A DNA stretch of 64,000 nt from Nanobdellota archaeon (GTDB lineage: Archaea; Nanobdellota; Nanobdellia; Pacearchaeales; GW2011-AR1), in assembly GCA_038046245.1 (NCBI GenBank), contig JBBSWO010000006.1, positions 5,320 through 69,319 of the forward strand, written 5' to 3'. Of the stretch, positions 1 through 9,960 are shown piece by piece (position 1 is the first letter of the stretch; every line of letters starts with the position of its first letter). The notes under the pieces were generated by a model. That model worked only from the letters and a program-made list of their open reading frames with translations, ran no database searches and had not been told where the DNA came from. Both the position numbers and the translations under genes were made by a program.

Positions 1-60
1 TATTTGAACAATTTCTGCAGATGTCAGTATTCTTGGCTAATTCAATTGGATCGACTCCCA
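1..60 (-). CDS. N-terminal fragment of an unidentified ORF running off the left edge
   Basis: ATG at 58-60 (minus), open to base 1 (MGVDPIELAKNTDICRNCSN); only 20 codons visible. Confidence 0.3.
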
Positions 61-120
61 TTTCAATCAAAGAAAGAAGTACATTAAATAACTTGTTATG
101 CTATAATTATAATCTAAAAA

Positions 121-1893
121 TTATTTTTTCTTCTTCTTACCAAAAATAAGCCAGAAAACAAAAGCAGCCACAATTACGATAATGATTAAGGCCCATATCC
201 ACCACGAACTTCCTTGGCCAGAGGAGATTTCTTGGTCGGTGACAGCATTGCCAGTTACGCTTCCTCCTGCATCTGAAGGGTTAGTATTAGTTGTCTCACT
301 CTCAGAGTTTGGAACAACTGGAAGTGCCTCATGAATTGATTGTACAAAAACAGAAGCCTGACTATTCTGGATCGAGTTCAATTTCACATTTAAATCATAA
401 AAATTGTCTCCAGTAACCTCAACCTTCCATTCTTCTCCTATAGATAGAACTTTCTCCTGTGGGGTGCTGGAAACTTCTATTTTAGCGGTTGTTTGGGTTA
501 ACTCTCTAACTCCAACATAATGAAACTCACTTGAAACTTTAAGCTTTACCCTTTGTTTTTCTAAAACATTCATTGAATGTCCCTGTTCAACTTCTCCATC
601 CGAAATCGAATAAGTGCCTCTAGCCCAAAAGTCAGTAGTCGAGGACCCTCCTCCTCCAGAACTTCCCCTAGGACTTAGACTCTGAGACACAGTATAAGCA
701 GCTGTTGAAGATGCAGAATTCCCAGCATTGTCGGTAACAGTACATCCATAAGAGAAAGATCCTGAGCCAGAAGTGCTTGGAGTGGATGAATCAGATGTTG
801 AAGCTACGCCGGAAGTCGCATCAGAACCAGAACAAGTGCAAGTAACAACATCTCCAGTATAAACACTAGAGGGAGTACAACTCGAACTGGATAAAGGGAC
901 AGTGGTATCAATCTGGACAACAAATGAATTGTTTAAAGCAAGATTTCCAATCGTGTCGTTAGCATAAACTTTTATTGTCTGGTTTCCATCCGACAATCCT
1001 GTTAAATTTCCATTTGTAGTATTACACCAACCACTGTCTGCAAATATTGTTTGATTTGTTCCGTTAATATCAACAAAGCAGGCGCTGCCAGTCAAACCTG
1101 AACCTGTATCTGTTAAAGAAATATTTAACGTTAAAGTTCCAGTATTCTTTTTGGAAGTTCCATTAGTATAAGCAGGAAGGGTTGCCGTTGGAGCGCTAGT
1201 ATCAATTTGCACTACAAAAGAGTTATTTAATGCCAAGCTTCCAACAGTATCATTGGCATAAATTCTTATCGTGTTATTTCCGTCGGATAATCCTGTTAAA
1301 TTTCCATTGGTGGTGTTACACCAGCCATTGCTTGCAGAGATTGTTTGGTTCGTTCCGTTGATATTTATGAAACAGGCGCTGCCAGTTAGTCCAGATAACC
1401 CATCAGTCAAAGATATGTTCAATGTCAAAGTGTTCGTGTTTTGTTTAAAAGTTCCATTAGTGTAAGGAGCTGTGGCAGTTGTCAAGTTTATCAAAGGAGC
1501 AGTCCTATCAACATATATTGAAATGTTTGATGTGGCATTCTTTTGATTGCTTGTAAGATTAAGGGCTATTATGAAAAAAGTATAATTTGCTTCAGTATGG
1601 TTATTGAAAGTAAATCCTAAAGCACTATCATTTTTGGCAGTCGTGTTGTACAAAACCCCATTAGAATAAATAAAAAGAGTATAATTTGCTACACCATCAC
1701 CAGAACTCGTGTCTTGTGTCCAATTAACAGAGAAATTTCCTTCATCATAAAGAGTTGACGCGTTCCTGCTTATTGTCAATCCTGCAGGAGCATTTGCAAT
1801 CGCCGCAAAAACAAAATAGATAGATAATATTAATAACAAGCTTAAAGCCAACAAAGAAAATAAATTCACCCTCGCCCTTTTTTCCATAACCAT
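121..1893 (-). CDS. secreted, membrane-anchored cell-surface (S-layer-like) glycoprotein candidate
   Basis: N-terminal signal/TM helix, very many N-x-S/T sequons, two ~99-aa near-identical tandem repeats, Ser/Gly linker, C-terminal TM helix plus KKKKK tail. Confidence 0.6.
   Translation of the reverse strand: MVMEKRARVNLFSLLALSLLLILSIYFVFAAIANAPAGLTISRNASTLYDEGNFSVNWTQDTSSGDGVANYTLFIYSNGVLYNTTAKNDSALGFTFNNHTEANYTFFIIALNLTSNQKNATSNISIYVDRTAPLINLTTATAPYTNGTFKQNTNTLTLNISLTDGLSGLTGSACFININGTNQTISASNGWCNTTNGNLTGLSDGNNTIRIYANDTVGSLALNNSFVVQIDTSAPTATLPAYTNGTSKKNTGTLTLNISLTDTGSGLTGSACFVDINGTNQTIFADSGWCNTTNGNLTGLSDGNQTIKVYANDTIGNLALNNSFVVQIDTTVPLSSSSCTPSSVYTGDVVTCTCSGSDATSGVASTSDSSTPSTSGSGSFSYGCTVTDNAGNSASSTAAYTVSQSLSPRGSSGGGGSSTTDFWARGTYSISDGEVEQGHSMNVLEKQRVKLKVSSEFHYVGVRELTQTTAKIEVSSTPQEKVLSIGEEWKVEVTGDNFYDLNVKLNSIQNSQASVFVQSIHEALPVVPNSESETTNTNPSDAGGSVTGNAVTDQEISSGQGSSWWIWALIIIVIVAAFVFWLIFGKKKKK
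895..1473 (-). repeat. tandem duplication (2 x ~297 nt) inside the surface-protein gene
   Basis: aa ~141-235 and ~240-333 align almost residue for residue (YTNGT..TLTLNISLTD..GLTGSACF..INGTNQTI..GWCNTTNGNLTGLSDGN..YANDT..LALNNSFVVQIDT). Confidence 0.85.
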
Positions 1894-1978
1894 TTTAACC
1901 TTCCTAACTAAACAAAAAAGAGTATATAAATATTATCACTTCCCAAAAACTTATAAACTTGTTAATAAAATTTATTTC

Positions 1979-2422
1979 ATGGAAAGAACGTTAGTCTTGA
2001 TCAAGCCTGACGCAATGGTAAAAAGGCTGGCAGGAAATATTATTTCTGAACTTTATAATTTAGATTTGAAAATGATAGGACTAAAACTTGTTAATGTTAA
2101 AAGAGAGCTTGCAGAAAAACATTATGAAGAGCATAAAGGAAAACCTTTTTTTCCAGGCTTAATAAAATACATAATGGGAGAATTGCATAATCAGGAAAAA
2201 GTCATTGCGATAGTCTATGAAGGGAAAGATGCAATAAAAAAAATTAGAGAAATTGTTGGAGCAACAAATCCTGATGAAGCTCATCCCTCTTCGCTTAGAG
2301 GAAAATATGGAAAGATTCACACGAAAACGAATTGGCACGAAACAGTCATCCATGCTTCAGATTCTCCAAAAAGTGCAGACAGAGAAATTGCTTTGTGGTT
2401 CAAGAAAGATGAGTTAGTTTGA
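1979..2422 (+). CDS. ndk: nucleoside diphosphate kinase
   Basis: ERTLVLIKPDA start, 147 aa, active-site His context TVIHASDS, GATNP motif. Confidence 0.9.
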   Translation: MERTLVLIKPDAMVKRLAGNIISELYNLDLKMIGLKLVNVKRELAEKHYEEHKGKPFFPGLIKYIMGELHNQEKVIAIVYEGKDAIKKIREIVGATNPDEAHPSSLRGKYGKIHTKTNWHETVIHASDSPKSADREIALWFKKDELV

Positions 2423-3208
2423 TCATTCAAATCTATTTCTTATTACAACTTCTGGTTTCTCTCCATTCAGCAACACAACGGCAGCAGATACTGCATAATT
2501 TTCTTGAGGGGTTGCACCATGGCTAATTGCTTTGTAAAGAGAATCAGCAATTTCTTTAGCAGTTTCAGAACTAATTCCCACATTTAACAGGTCTCTTCCA
2601 GATGGGAGTAAGGGATTTTCATTTCCACCTTTATAAGTTGTAATTAACTTGCTCTTTCCTGGAGAAACGTCAATTCCAAAATGAGTATAACTTCCGCCTA
2701 AACCTTTGGATGCTTTATGATATGCCCAACCACCATCTTTCTCATAATAAGCACTTATTCTAGGAGTAAAATTAGGGGAATCTGGTTCATGACGTGCCAG
2801 GTCAATCCATCCAAGTTTAGAATCGTAAACAAAAGAGCTTTGAGAAAATATTTTACCCAATGCATGGCCAGGATTAAACTCATAATCTTTTTGTTTTACA
2901 ATTAATTTTGTGTACATCAAATTTGTCTGCGCTCCATTACTTGCAGCAATTTTGTCGTTAGTAAAAACAATTGCAGGATATAACAACAAAGCAGGACTCC
3001 CTTTCTCCAATTGCTCTTTATCTGTGACTTCTGTTCTTACAACGCTATTTTTCTCATCATAAACTAATTTTCTTGCCTGACTTGAAGCGCTTCTCCCAGT
3101 TAAAGTATATCCGACAAAAGTATTGTGATTAGGAGTCATCCCCATAACTATTCCTCTTCCACTATAAGTCATTCTCTCTAAAGCTGAAAAATCATCTTTC
3201 ATCTTCAA
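2423..3208 (-). CDS. IMP cyclohydrolase (PurO)-family protein
   Basis: YSGRGIVMG..FVGYTLTGRS..AR, AASNGAQT and PNFTPRISAY resemble the conserved PurO blocks (Y.GR..V.G..FV.Y..SRS..NR; SNG.HT; NTPRIAG); longer than classical PurO. Confidence 0.55.
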   Translation of the reverse strand: MKMKDDFSALERMTYSGRGIVMGMTPNHNTFVGYTLTGRSASSQARKLVYDEKNSVVRTEVTDKEQLEKGSPALLLYPAIVFTNDKIAASNGAQTNLMYTKLIVKQKDYEFNPGHALGKIFSQSSFVYDSKLGWIDLARHEPDSPNFTPRISAYYEKDGGWAYHKASKGLGGSYTHFGIDVSPGKSKLITTYKGGNENPLLPSGRDLLNVGISSETAKEIADSLYKAISHGATPQENYAVSAAVVLLNGEKPEVVIRNRFE

Positions 3209-4209
3209 TCCTCTTTGCCTTCGTCACCAACACCACCATCAGTTACCCAGAAAACACATTCATTGTCAGGAAGATTTGGAGAATCGATTAACTTTGCAAC
3301 TCTGCTTCCTTGCTTTCCTCTTCTCAGATACATTCTGTAAGTTGAAGCATGCCCAACTATATTTCCTCCAATAGGTGTTGTTGGATCTCCAAACATCTGG
3401 GCAGGATTTGCCATAACTTGATTTGTGACATAAACAGCAAGATTGTGTGTCTCTGCAAGTTTCATTAAGTCGTGCATATATCTGTTAAGTTTTTGCTGTC
3501 TGTCCGCCAACTGCCCTCTTCCAGCAAACTCGGCCCTAAAATGAGCAGTCAATGAGTCAATAATAACAAGCTTTATTGGCTCACCCTTTTTTATCATCTC
3601 AGTAACTTTCTCCAAAAGTAAAATTTGATGGTCAGAATTAAATGCTCTTGCAACTAAAATATTTTTCAAGACTTTCTCTCCATTAGCACCAATTTTCTCG
3701 GCGATCTGTTTTATTCTTGAAGGTCTGAACGTTCCTTCTGTGTCAATAAAGACACATTTCCCATTTGCCCCACCTTGCTCCAAAGGAAGCTGGGTATTTA
3801 CGGCAAGAGATAATCCTAACTGGGTTTTTCCAGAACCATAAGCTCCAAAAGCTTCAGTAATTGCCCTGCTTTCAACTCCTTTCCCTCCAAGCAAGTCATT
3901 CAAGGCCTTACTTCCAGTGGTAATATAAGCAATATTTTTCCTCCTCTCTGCAAATTCTGAACCATCTACAAAGCCTAAGTCAAGCATGTTCCTTGCAGCC
4001 TGTATTGCCTTCCTTGCCACAGCACTTCCAACTCCAGCCACGTCAGCAAGAGTATTTGGACTCATCACAGCCAAACTCATTAAATCAAAAACACCCGCAC
4101 CTTCAAGCTTCGCAGCAACAGCAGCCCCTATTCCAGGCAAGTCTGTTAATTGCGGATCCTTAGATTTCTCAGGTTTTTCCTCATCTTCTCCATCACTTTT
4201 TTTTGCCAT
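3205..4209 (-). CDS. radA: DNA repair and recombination protein RadA
   Basis: N-terminal HhH (LTDLPGIGAAVAAKLEGAGV), Walker A GAYGSGKTQ, Walker B LVIIDS, 334 aa. Confidence 0.92.
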   Translation of the reverse strand: MAKKSDGEDEEKPEKSKDPQLTDLPGIGAAVAAKLEGAGVFDLMSLAVMSPNTLADVAGVGSAVARKAIQAARNMLDLGFVDGSEFAERRKNIAYITTGSKALNDLLGGKGVESRAITEAFGAYGSGKTQLGLSLAVNTQLPLEQGGANGKCVFIDTEGTFRPSRIKQIAEKIGANGEKVLKNILVARAFNSDHQILLLEKVTEMIKKGEPIKLVIIDSLTAHFRAEFAGRGQLADRQQKLNRYMHDLMKLAETHNLAVYVTNQVMANPAQMFGDPTTPIGGNIVGHASTYRMYLRRGKQGSRVAKLIDSPNLPDNECVFWVTDGGVGDEGKED

Positions 4210-4260
4210 GAAATTTCAAAGTTTCAAGCTTTTTAAGGATTTATGATGCAGAAAATATAG

Positions 4261-4716
4261 TTACAAAATCCCAATCCTCTTCAGTAATAAGGCAACATTT
4301 GCAACAATCAAGATTACCATAATGACCTTCTCAATCTTTCCCCCAGTTCTTATCTTCCAACTTGAAGATTTTTTTGAAGGATAGAACGGCCTTATTCCGT
4401 CAGGAGTGAAACTATCTGCAAACAAATGCAAGCCATACCCCAAAAAAAATCCAAAACCTGCTATTGGAAAGATTAAAACCAAGATAATTGTCAGAGACAA
4501 AAGAAAAGTGAAACTGTGTATCATTCCCCTATGCTTTGTAAACCATTGCAGAATTCTTGCAATTTTTTTGCTCCCTAATTTGCTGTATCTTGCATCCACA
4601 TCAGGAAGTTGTGTCGCGATCAAAGCAACAATAACAAAAACTATCTTATGTTCAACTGCAGGAATAAGCAAAAGGATAAAAAACAAAGTTATAAGATAAT
4701 GGGTTTTCAGTAACAT
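4261..4716 (-). CDS. membrane-bound metal-dependent hydrolase, YdjM/DUF457-like
   Basis: 4 TM helices, HRGMIHS and HLFADSFTPDG motifs typical of the family. Confidence 0.6.
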   Translation of the reverse strand: MLLKTHYLITLFFILLLIPAVEHKIVFVIVALIATQLPDVDARYSKLGSKKIARILQWFTKHRGMIHSFTFLLSLTIILVLIFPIAGFGFFLGYGLHLFADSFTPDGIRPFYPSKKSSSWKIRTGGKIEKVIMVILIVANVALLLKRIGIL

Positions 4717-4717
4717 T

Positions 4718-5128
4718 TTATTTTCTCCACAAAATTCCCCAGACTAATCCTCCAAGCATCCCTATAAAAAGATCTTTCATTGTGTCAGCAACGCTAGGCT
4801 GAAAAGAGACACTAACAAAAAGGTGCAAGAAGAATTCAAAGAATTCCCACAAAACTGCAACAAAAGAAACTGTTGAAACTATAATTAAAACAAATAAAAA
4901 AGTTCTGTTAATACTAAAAAATCCTTTTTCTTTGAAATACCTAAAAAATAAAACACTGGAGTATGAAATAGCTAAACCTCCTAAAAAATGCATAGGAATA
5001 TCAAACCAAGGCAAGCGTTGGTAGACACCAAAAGAGATTAATATAATATGTAACAAAAAAACAAACGCAGGAAAATAAAAGAAGGGTATAAATTTTAAAA
5101 ATAACTTAGCCATGAGAACAAATGCCAA
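4718..5128 (-). CDS. integral membrane protein, unknown function
   Basis: 4 predicted TM helices; abuts downstream gene. Confidence 0.5.
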   Translation of the reverse strand: MAFVLMAKLFLKFIPFFYFPAFVFLLHIILISFGVYQRLPWFDIPMHFLGGLAISYSSVLFFRYFKEKGFFSINRTFLFVLIIVSTVSFVAVLWEFFEFFLHLFVSVSFQPSVADTMKDLFIGMLGGLVWGILWRK

Positions 5129-5147
5129 AAATTGTTTATTAATCTTG

Positions 5148-6095
5148 TTATGGTTTCTCCAGCTGCCCTATGATCTCATCCAAACCAACATCATTAATTC
5201 CATCTATTATAAACTCTGGATTGTTAAAGAACTTGTTCATCCTGACATTACCTGAAAAAACCATTTCCTTCCCAAGAAGAGACTGTTTTTGGGAAATAAG
5301 GACCTCATTGTTATCTAGCTCGGTTATTCCCAACCCTTTCAAAGATTCGTGAAATGCAACAGCCCTTATATTTTCTGTACCATCATCAATGACAAAATTC
5401 ATCAAAGCCTTTTTTTCAGAAGCCACTTTTCCATGTTCAGCGCACATAAACCCCTCCGAACCAGAAACAACTCTCTTTTTGCATTCAGGGCACACATGAA
5501 AAAATCTCGGCTCAAAGGCCTGCACTATAAACGCTCTTGTTTTAAGGTTATCCCCAACTCTGAAATCTTTTATTCCTTTTTCTTTGACGCTTTTTTCTTT
5601 TTTGACATTCTCCAGAATTTCTTTGCTGGGCTTTAAATCTGAAAAACTTCCAAGATGGATCTCTCCGTCTCTTATGCTGGCATTACCTATTTCCACAACG
5701 CTGCCCTCTTTGAGGACTCCCTGCTCTATTAAAGATATGTGGTTGGTGTCCCATAAGACAACTTTTATATTTGCTGTCTCATCAGCAACAACCAAGTTCG
5801 TGACTTTGCTTTCACTTCCGTTTTTTGCAGTGAATGACCTTATCGGTCCGGTACTTATTATCTTAGCAGTAATTCCTATCTTCCTCATTCCAGGCAAGAG
5901 TTCATCAATTTTTAATTTTTCATTGTCAAACGAAATTCCAAGCTCTGCAGCAATTATCTGGGCAGCACCTTCTTTAGTTATAAGGCTGGAAAGCTTCGAC
6001 CTTTTTGCGTCAACTCTCCTCTCTAACTCCTCTTTTGCAACACCAGAAGTCTTGGATATCTTTTCCAGAATTCTTTCATAATTTTCATCTGTCAT
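5148..6095 (-). CDS. replication protein A-like ssDNA-binding protein (OB folds + zinc ribbon)
   Basis: OB-fold-like segments (VTNLVVADETANIKVVLWD), zinc ribbon CPECKKR..CAEHG, helical N-domain as in archaeal RPA. Confidence 0.7.
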   Translation of the reverse strand: MTDENYERILEKISKTSGVAKEELERRVDAKRSKLSSLITKEGAAQIIAAELGISFDNEKLKIDELLPGMRKIGITAKIISTGPIRSFTAKNGSESKVTNLVVADETANIKVVLWDTNHISLIEQGVLKEGSVVEIGNASIRDGEIHLGSFSDLKPSKEILENVKKEKSVKEKGIKDFRVGDNLKTRAFIVQAFEPRFFHVCPECKKRVVSGSEGFMCAEHGKVASEKKALMNFVIDDGTENIRAVAFHESLKGLGITELDNNEVLISQKQSLLGKEMVFSGNVRMNKFFNNPEFIIDGINDVGLDEIIGQLEKP

Positions 6096-6192
6096 TACTC
6101 AGATAAAAAACCATTATTTTTAAGCATTGTTGTAGAAAAAGACTGCATAATTTCATTAATTTTTACAGTATAATGCCTAAGACAAAATAAAA

Positions 6193-6543
6193 TCAACCAA
6201 ACAGCCTAGAAAAGAAGAACGCAACAAAAATAGCCCAGACTAAAAAAACAATCAACAATGACCACCAAAGCCATTTTATCGACCTTCCCTTATCTCTTAT
6301 GAAGACGGCAAAATAATAAATCAAAGCTCCCAAAAATCCAAGCAGGATATTCACCAAAACCCACACTATTTTCTGGCTTCCGTCTTTGAATTTTCTTGTT
6401 ATGGAGTCAATAAGCATTATAAGCCAAAAAACAAATAAGAGTGCACCTATCAAAATCAAAGGCATTAAGAAGGCAGCACCGATTAAGAATACCATAAACA
6501 AACCAGATATTTGTTCTTTATAAAAATTGCTAATTCCAAACAT
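6193..6543 (-). CDS. small membrane protein with PLD-nuclease-N-terminal-like (PLDc_N) motif
   Basis: KIVWVLVNILLGFLGALIYYF signature, 4 TM. Confidence 0.45.
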   Translation of the reverse strand: MFGISNFYKEQISGLFMVFLIGAAFLMPLILIGALLFVFWLIMLIDSITRKFKDGSQKIVWVLVNILLGFLGALIYYFAVFIRDKGRSIKWLWWSLLIVFLVWAIFVAFFFSRLFG

Positions 6544-6571
6544 TTTTAATAAATAAATGACTTCTTAAAGA

Positions 6572-6793
6572 ATGAAAAAAGATTATCTTTTCAAAGTGGG
6601 TCTTAAAATTTTTATAGCTTTCATAATTCCCCTCACATTGCTTTTCATTGCAAGCACACAAATAACCGGCTTTGCAGTAAATGGGGCAGGCATAGTTTCT
6701 GGAGGTCTTTTGGCCATATCAGCATTTTTCTTCATAATCCTTTTGCTCCTCATAAAACTGCGCCCAAAAACTTATAAACCATCTCCCAAATAA
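6572..6793 (+). CDS. small membrane protein
   Basis: 73 aa, two hydrophobic helices. Confidence 0.4.
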   Translation: MKKDYLFKVGLKIFIAFIIPLTLLFIASTQITGFAVNGAGIVSGGLLAISAFFFIILLLLIKLRPKTYKPSPK

Positions 6794-6799
6794 TAATTT

Positions 6800-7069
6800 A
6801 TGGGAATAATTGGAGTAAAAATAAAATTGATGCCAGAATCTCCTTCGACAGATCTTGAAGCAATAAAAAAGACAGCAATGCACATTGTTGAGAAAGGTGG
6901 TGGGAGAAACAGAGATTATGAAATAGAACCGATAGCATTTGGATTAAAGGCAATAATAGCTTTTTTTGAATGGCCGGAGGAAAAAGAACTTGAGCATGTT
7001 GAAGAAGCTTTTAAAAAAATAAAAAATGTAAGCTCTATTCAGATAATTGACATGAGAAAAATTGCATAA
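6800..7069 (+). CDS. translation elongation factor aEF-1 beta
   Basis: 89 aa, VKIKLMPESPSTDLEAIKK...EPIAFGLKAI...IIDMRK matches archaeal EF-1beta pattern. Confidence 0.88.
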   Translation: MGIIGVKIKLMPESPSTDLEAIKKTAMHIVEKGGGRNRDYEIEPIAFGLKAIIAFFEWPEEKELEHVEEAFKKIKNVSSIQIIDMRKIA

Positions 7070-7070
7070 A

Positions 7071-7709
7071 ATGTTAGAAGAATCCCAAATAAAACAAATA
7101 AAGTCACAATTAATCTCCCAGATCCAAGATTCAGAAATTCCCAACAAAGACGAATTGATTTCTTCAATAGAAAAAATGGCCTCTGAGGAACTAGAGAATT
7201 TTCTAAAACAAAATAAGTTGGTTAGTGATGATAGTGAATGTGTTTTCTGCTCAATAATTCAGAAAAAAATTCCTTCTTTCGCCATAGGAGAAAATAATCA
7301 TGCAATGGGAGTTTTAGAAATAAACCCCGTGTCAAAAGGACATTCAATGGTAATACCGAAAATTCATGCAGAAGAATCAACAAAAGAAGCAATAGATTTT
7401 GCCAAGGAAATTGCTGAGAGATTAAAAGTTCTGAAACCGGAAAAAATCGACATAGTCCCTTCCAAAATGTTTGGTCACGAGGTTCTTAACATTATCCCAG
7501 TATACAAAGATGAATCATTGAAGTCAAAAAGAAAAAAAGAATCTGAAAACGAATTAAAGAAACTTCAGGAAAAATTATTGCCTAAGACAAAAAAACAATC
7601 TCCCAAGAAGGAAATAAAACACGATGAAGAAAAACCGGTTGCTAAAGAGCAACCGAAACAAAACATAATTTCTGACAAAACTCACTGGTTGCCAAAGAGA
7701 TTTCCTTGA
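7071..7709 (+). CDS. HIT-superfamily-like protein with degenerate histidine triad and Lys/Glu-rich tail
   Basis: CVFCSII, VLEINPVSKGHSMVIPKIH blocks are HIT-like; triad position reads HEVLNII; ATG at 7071 preferred over TTG at 7062. Confidence 0.55.
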   Translation: MLEESQIKQIKSQLISQIQDSEIPNKDELISSIEKMASEELENFLKQNKLVSDDSECVFCSIIQKKIPSFAIGENNHAMGVLEINPVSKGHSMVIPKIHAEESTKEAIDFAKEIAERLKVLKPEKIDIVPSKMFGHEVLNIIPVYKDESLKSKRKKESENELKKLQEKLLPKTKKQSPKKEIKHDEEKPVAKEQPKQNIISDKTHWLPKRFP

Positions 7710-8546
7710 CTACCAAAAAAGATTCCACAATCCAGTTTCCCACAGATACCACAAAGCCAAGAAGGCAATCAAGAACACGGGAAGGAAAGCTATTCCGACT
7801 TTTATTCTGATTATTTTATATTTTTTCTTTATCAGTTTTACCTCTTCCGCACTCAAGCCTTCCCAGCTGGGTTTTATAACTCTTCTGCCAATCTTAACAG
7901 GTTTGTAAAGCCATTCGCCTTCGCTAAGCCCTTTAGTTTCAACATCTCTGACCATGCAGACACTATCAACAGTTTTTACATAAACATAAAAGACAGGAAG
8001 GATAAATACTAACGCTCCAAATATCAGCAGAGGAGTTTGGAAGAAGCCCAAAATTATAAAAAACAATCCCAAAACCATTATCGATAATATAATTCTTTTA
8101 TTCTCCTTTACTTTTTTTACAAAATCCTTTTTGAAGTTCATCCTATATTTCAGGCTGAGATACAATGTGGCCGAAACTCCATACACTGCACCCCCAAACA
8201 AAAATAAGAACAGAAATAAAAAATAAATTTTTAGGTTGATTAAAAAATTTCCGCTAAAACCTAATATGGCCCCAAGAGCTATCATCATTTTAGCATCACC
8301 CCCAGCAAACATTCTTGAATAATAAAGAAGATTCCCAATCACAAAAAAGATCACCAAACCAAAAAGTCCCTGCAGGAAAAAACTGTAGTTCCCATTAAAA
8401 AGACTGTAAAAAAATCTAAAGCCCAAAGCAAAAACTATCAAAGAAAAATTAAGCCAGTTCGCAACCTCTCTTTTTTTTAGATCTTCCACGCTGGCGAATA
8501 TAATCCAAGCTAAAGCAAGCAGTACTAAAAATGTCACCTCTATCAT
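7710..8546 (-). CDS. A24-family prepilin/preflagellin peptidase
   Basis: polytopic; first catalytic Asp context SVEDLKKREVANW, second in GGDAKMM (GxGD-type). Confidence 0.75.
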   Translation of the reverse strand: MIEVTFLVLLALAWIIFASVEDLKKREVANWLNFSLIVFALGFRFFYSLFNGNYSFFLQGLFGLVIFFVIGNLLYYSRMFAGGDAKMMIALGAILGFSGNFLINLKIYFLFLFLFLFGGAVYGVSATLYLSLKYRMNFKKDFVKKVKENKRIILSIMVLGLFFIILGFFQTPLLIFGALVFILPVFYVYVKTVDSVCMVRDVETKGLSEGEWLYKPVKIGRRVIKPSWEGLSAEEVKLIKKKYKIIRIKVGIAFLPVFLIAFLALWYLWETGLWNLFW

Positions 8547-8698
8547 GTTTTTTAAAAGTAATTCTTGTTTAAAAATGTTTGATAAGTCCCTTCAAACATT
8601 CGCACTTCGTTTTCCACCGCCAAGTCTGTAAGGATGCTTCTTCTTTTCTCGAAACTTGCTTTTCTTCTTGTTCCTTTTTTCGCTGAATCCGTAATCCA

Positions 8699-9370
8699 TT
8701 ATTTATTTCCCTCAGTAATAGTTGTAATAAAATGATCGAGTGCTCTTCTATTTGCTTTCTCCTTTTCTTTTTCAATTTTTTCCTTGTTTTTTTGCCCACC
8801 AAAGTAAACAAATTTCAAAATTCTCGAAACGAAAAATAGTCCAATGATAATCCCTACAAATATGATTATTGCCACTAAAGTATTTCCAAACATAAAAGCC
8901 AATTTTATGCAAAGATTGGCAAGCAGACTATAAAGCCCAAGCTGCGCCAAAGCTATAGTCAAACATATTGAAACAGCCAAAGAAACGACTGGGGAAAATG
9001 GAGAAAATGTTTTGAATAGTTTTTTTAGAGAGGAAAAAAAGAAAAACCAGAACACGATGCTAAAAGCAAATACTAAAGAAAGGCTATAAGGTTGTCCAAG
9101 CAATATGACAAAAATAAAACTTATTCCAGTTAGCAGACTGTTAATTCCTCGAACAAATGGATTTTCTAAAATAATCTTTTTCCATTCTTCAAAAACATAA
9201 GACACCCCAGAGTTTGCTTTATTTCCTAAATCATCTGCTTTATCAACACCAGCTTGAATTTGATTATTAGCATTTTCAAGCGCATCAGTCGGATTTGCAG
9301 CCAAAACAAAAGTTATACAAAAGAATCCTAATAACAGAACAAATATCAAGACAAGACCACTCTTTTTCAT
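8699..9370 (-). CDS. secreted/polytopic membrane protein, unknown function
   Basis: signal peptide MKKSGLVLIFVLLLGFF, then 5 TM helices, K/E-rich tail. Confidence 0.5.
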   Translation of the reverse strand: MKKSGLVLIFVLLLGFFCITFVLAANPTDALENANNQIQAGVDKADDLGNKANSGVSYVFEEWKKIILENPFVRGINSLLTGISFIFVILLGQPYSLSLVFAFSIVFWFFFFSSLKKLFKTFSPFSPVVSLAVSICLTIALAQLGLYSLLANLCIKLAFMFGNTLVAIIIFVGIIIGLFFVSRILKFVYFGGQKNKEKIEKEKEKANRRALDHFITTITEGNK

Positions 9371-9411
9371 ATCCTAAAAAGTCTGAAGAAGTTTTAATAG
9401 TTTTTGCTCAT

Positions 9412-9918
9412 TTAATTCTCAAGCTCGTCATGTATCTCTCTTAAGCTCCTTATTGTCTGAGCAGTTTCATGAGCCGCCCTATCAGCCCTCATTCCTTCCA
9501 TCCCCATTCTGACTCTCATTGCCCATCTAGTTATTGCATTGTGGCCTATACCTAAAGCTATTAGCATCAAAAATCCTCCAATGATTAAAAAGAATACGCT
9601 AAATGCTCCGAGCCATGCGGCCCAAGCTAGTGCATTATCAGCCAACCATTGAACCCATCCAAAAACAAAAACTGCTAAAGTCAAACCACCAGCAAGAACA
9701 TATCTTACCCAGGGGCTAGAGATAAATGGAAAAAACATAGTAACATCATATATCACTGCATAAAGAATAATTATTACAATTAACATAAGAACAAGATTTT
9801 TTGGGTCTGAACCAAATCCATTAAAAAAAGAGTAGATGTCAGCACTCACCAGCCCCATAACAAAAATTCCAATAACTAATAATTCAAAAAACAAAAAAAC
9901 ATACCTGTTCTTTTCCAT
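9412..9918 (-). CDS. membrane protein, unknown function
   Basis: 4 TM helices, charged C-terminal helix; own TATA at 9937-9952. Confidence 0.5.
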   Translation of the reverse strand: MEKNRYVFLFFELLVIGIFVMGLVSADIYSFFNGFGSDPKNLVLMLIVIIILYAVIYDVTMFFPFISSPWVRYVLAGGLTLAVFVFGWVQWLADNALAWAAWLGAFSVFFLIIGGFLMLIALGIGHNAITRWAMRVRMGMEGMRADRAAHETAQTIRSLREIHDELEN

Positions 9919-9936
9919 GCGAATATTAGCCTAGAA

Positions 9937-9952
9937 TCATTTATAAATATTT
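9937..9952 (-). promoter_or_regulatory. TATA-box promoter (TCATTTATAAATATTT on + strand)
   Basis: TTTATAAA core 22-30 nt upstream of ATG at 9918; identical 16-mer at 10399-10414. Confidence 0.5.
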
Positions 9953-9960
9953 ATTCAGAA

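Noticed and set aside
8569-8811. 80-aa Lys/Arg-rich ORF
   Set aside because: It overlaps the 3' end of the 223-aa membrane-protein gene in another frame, has low-complexity composition and has no promoter or RBS signal.
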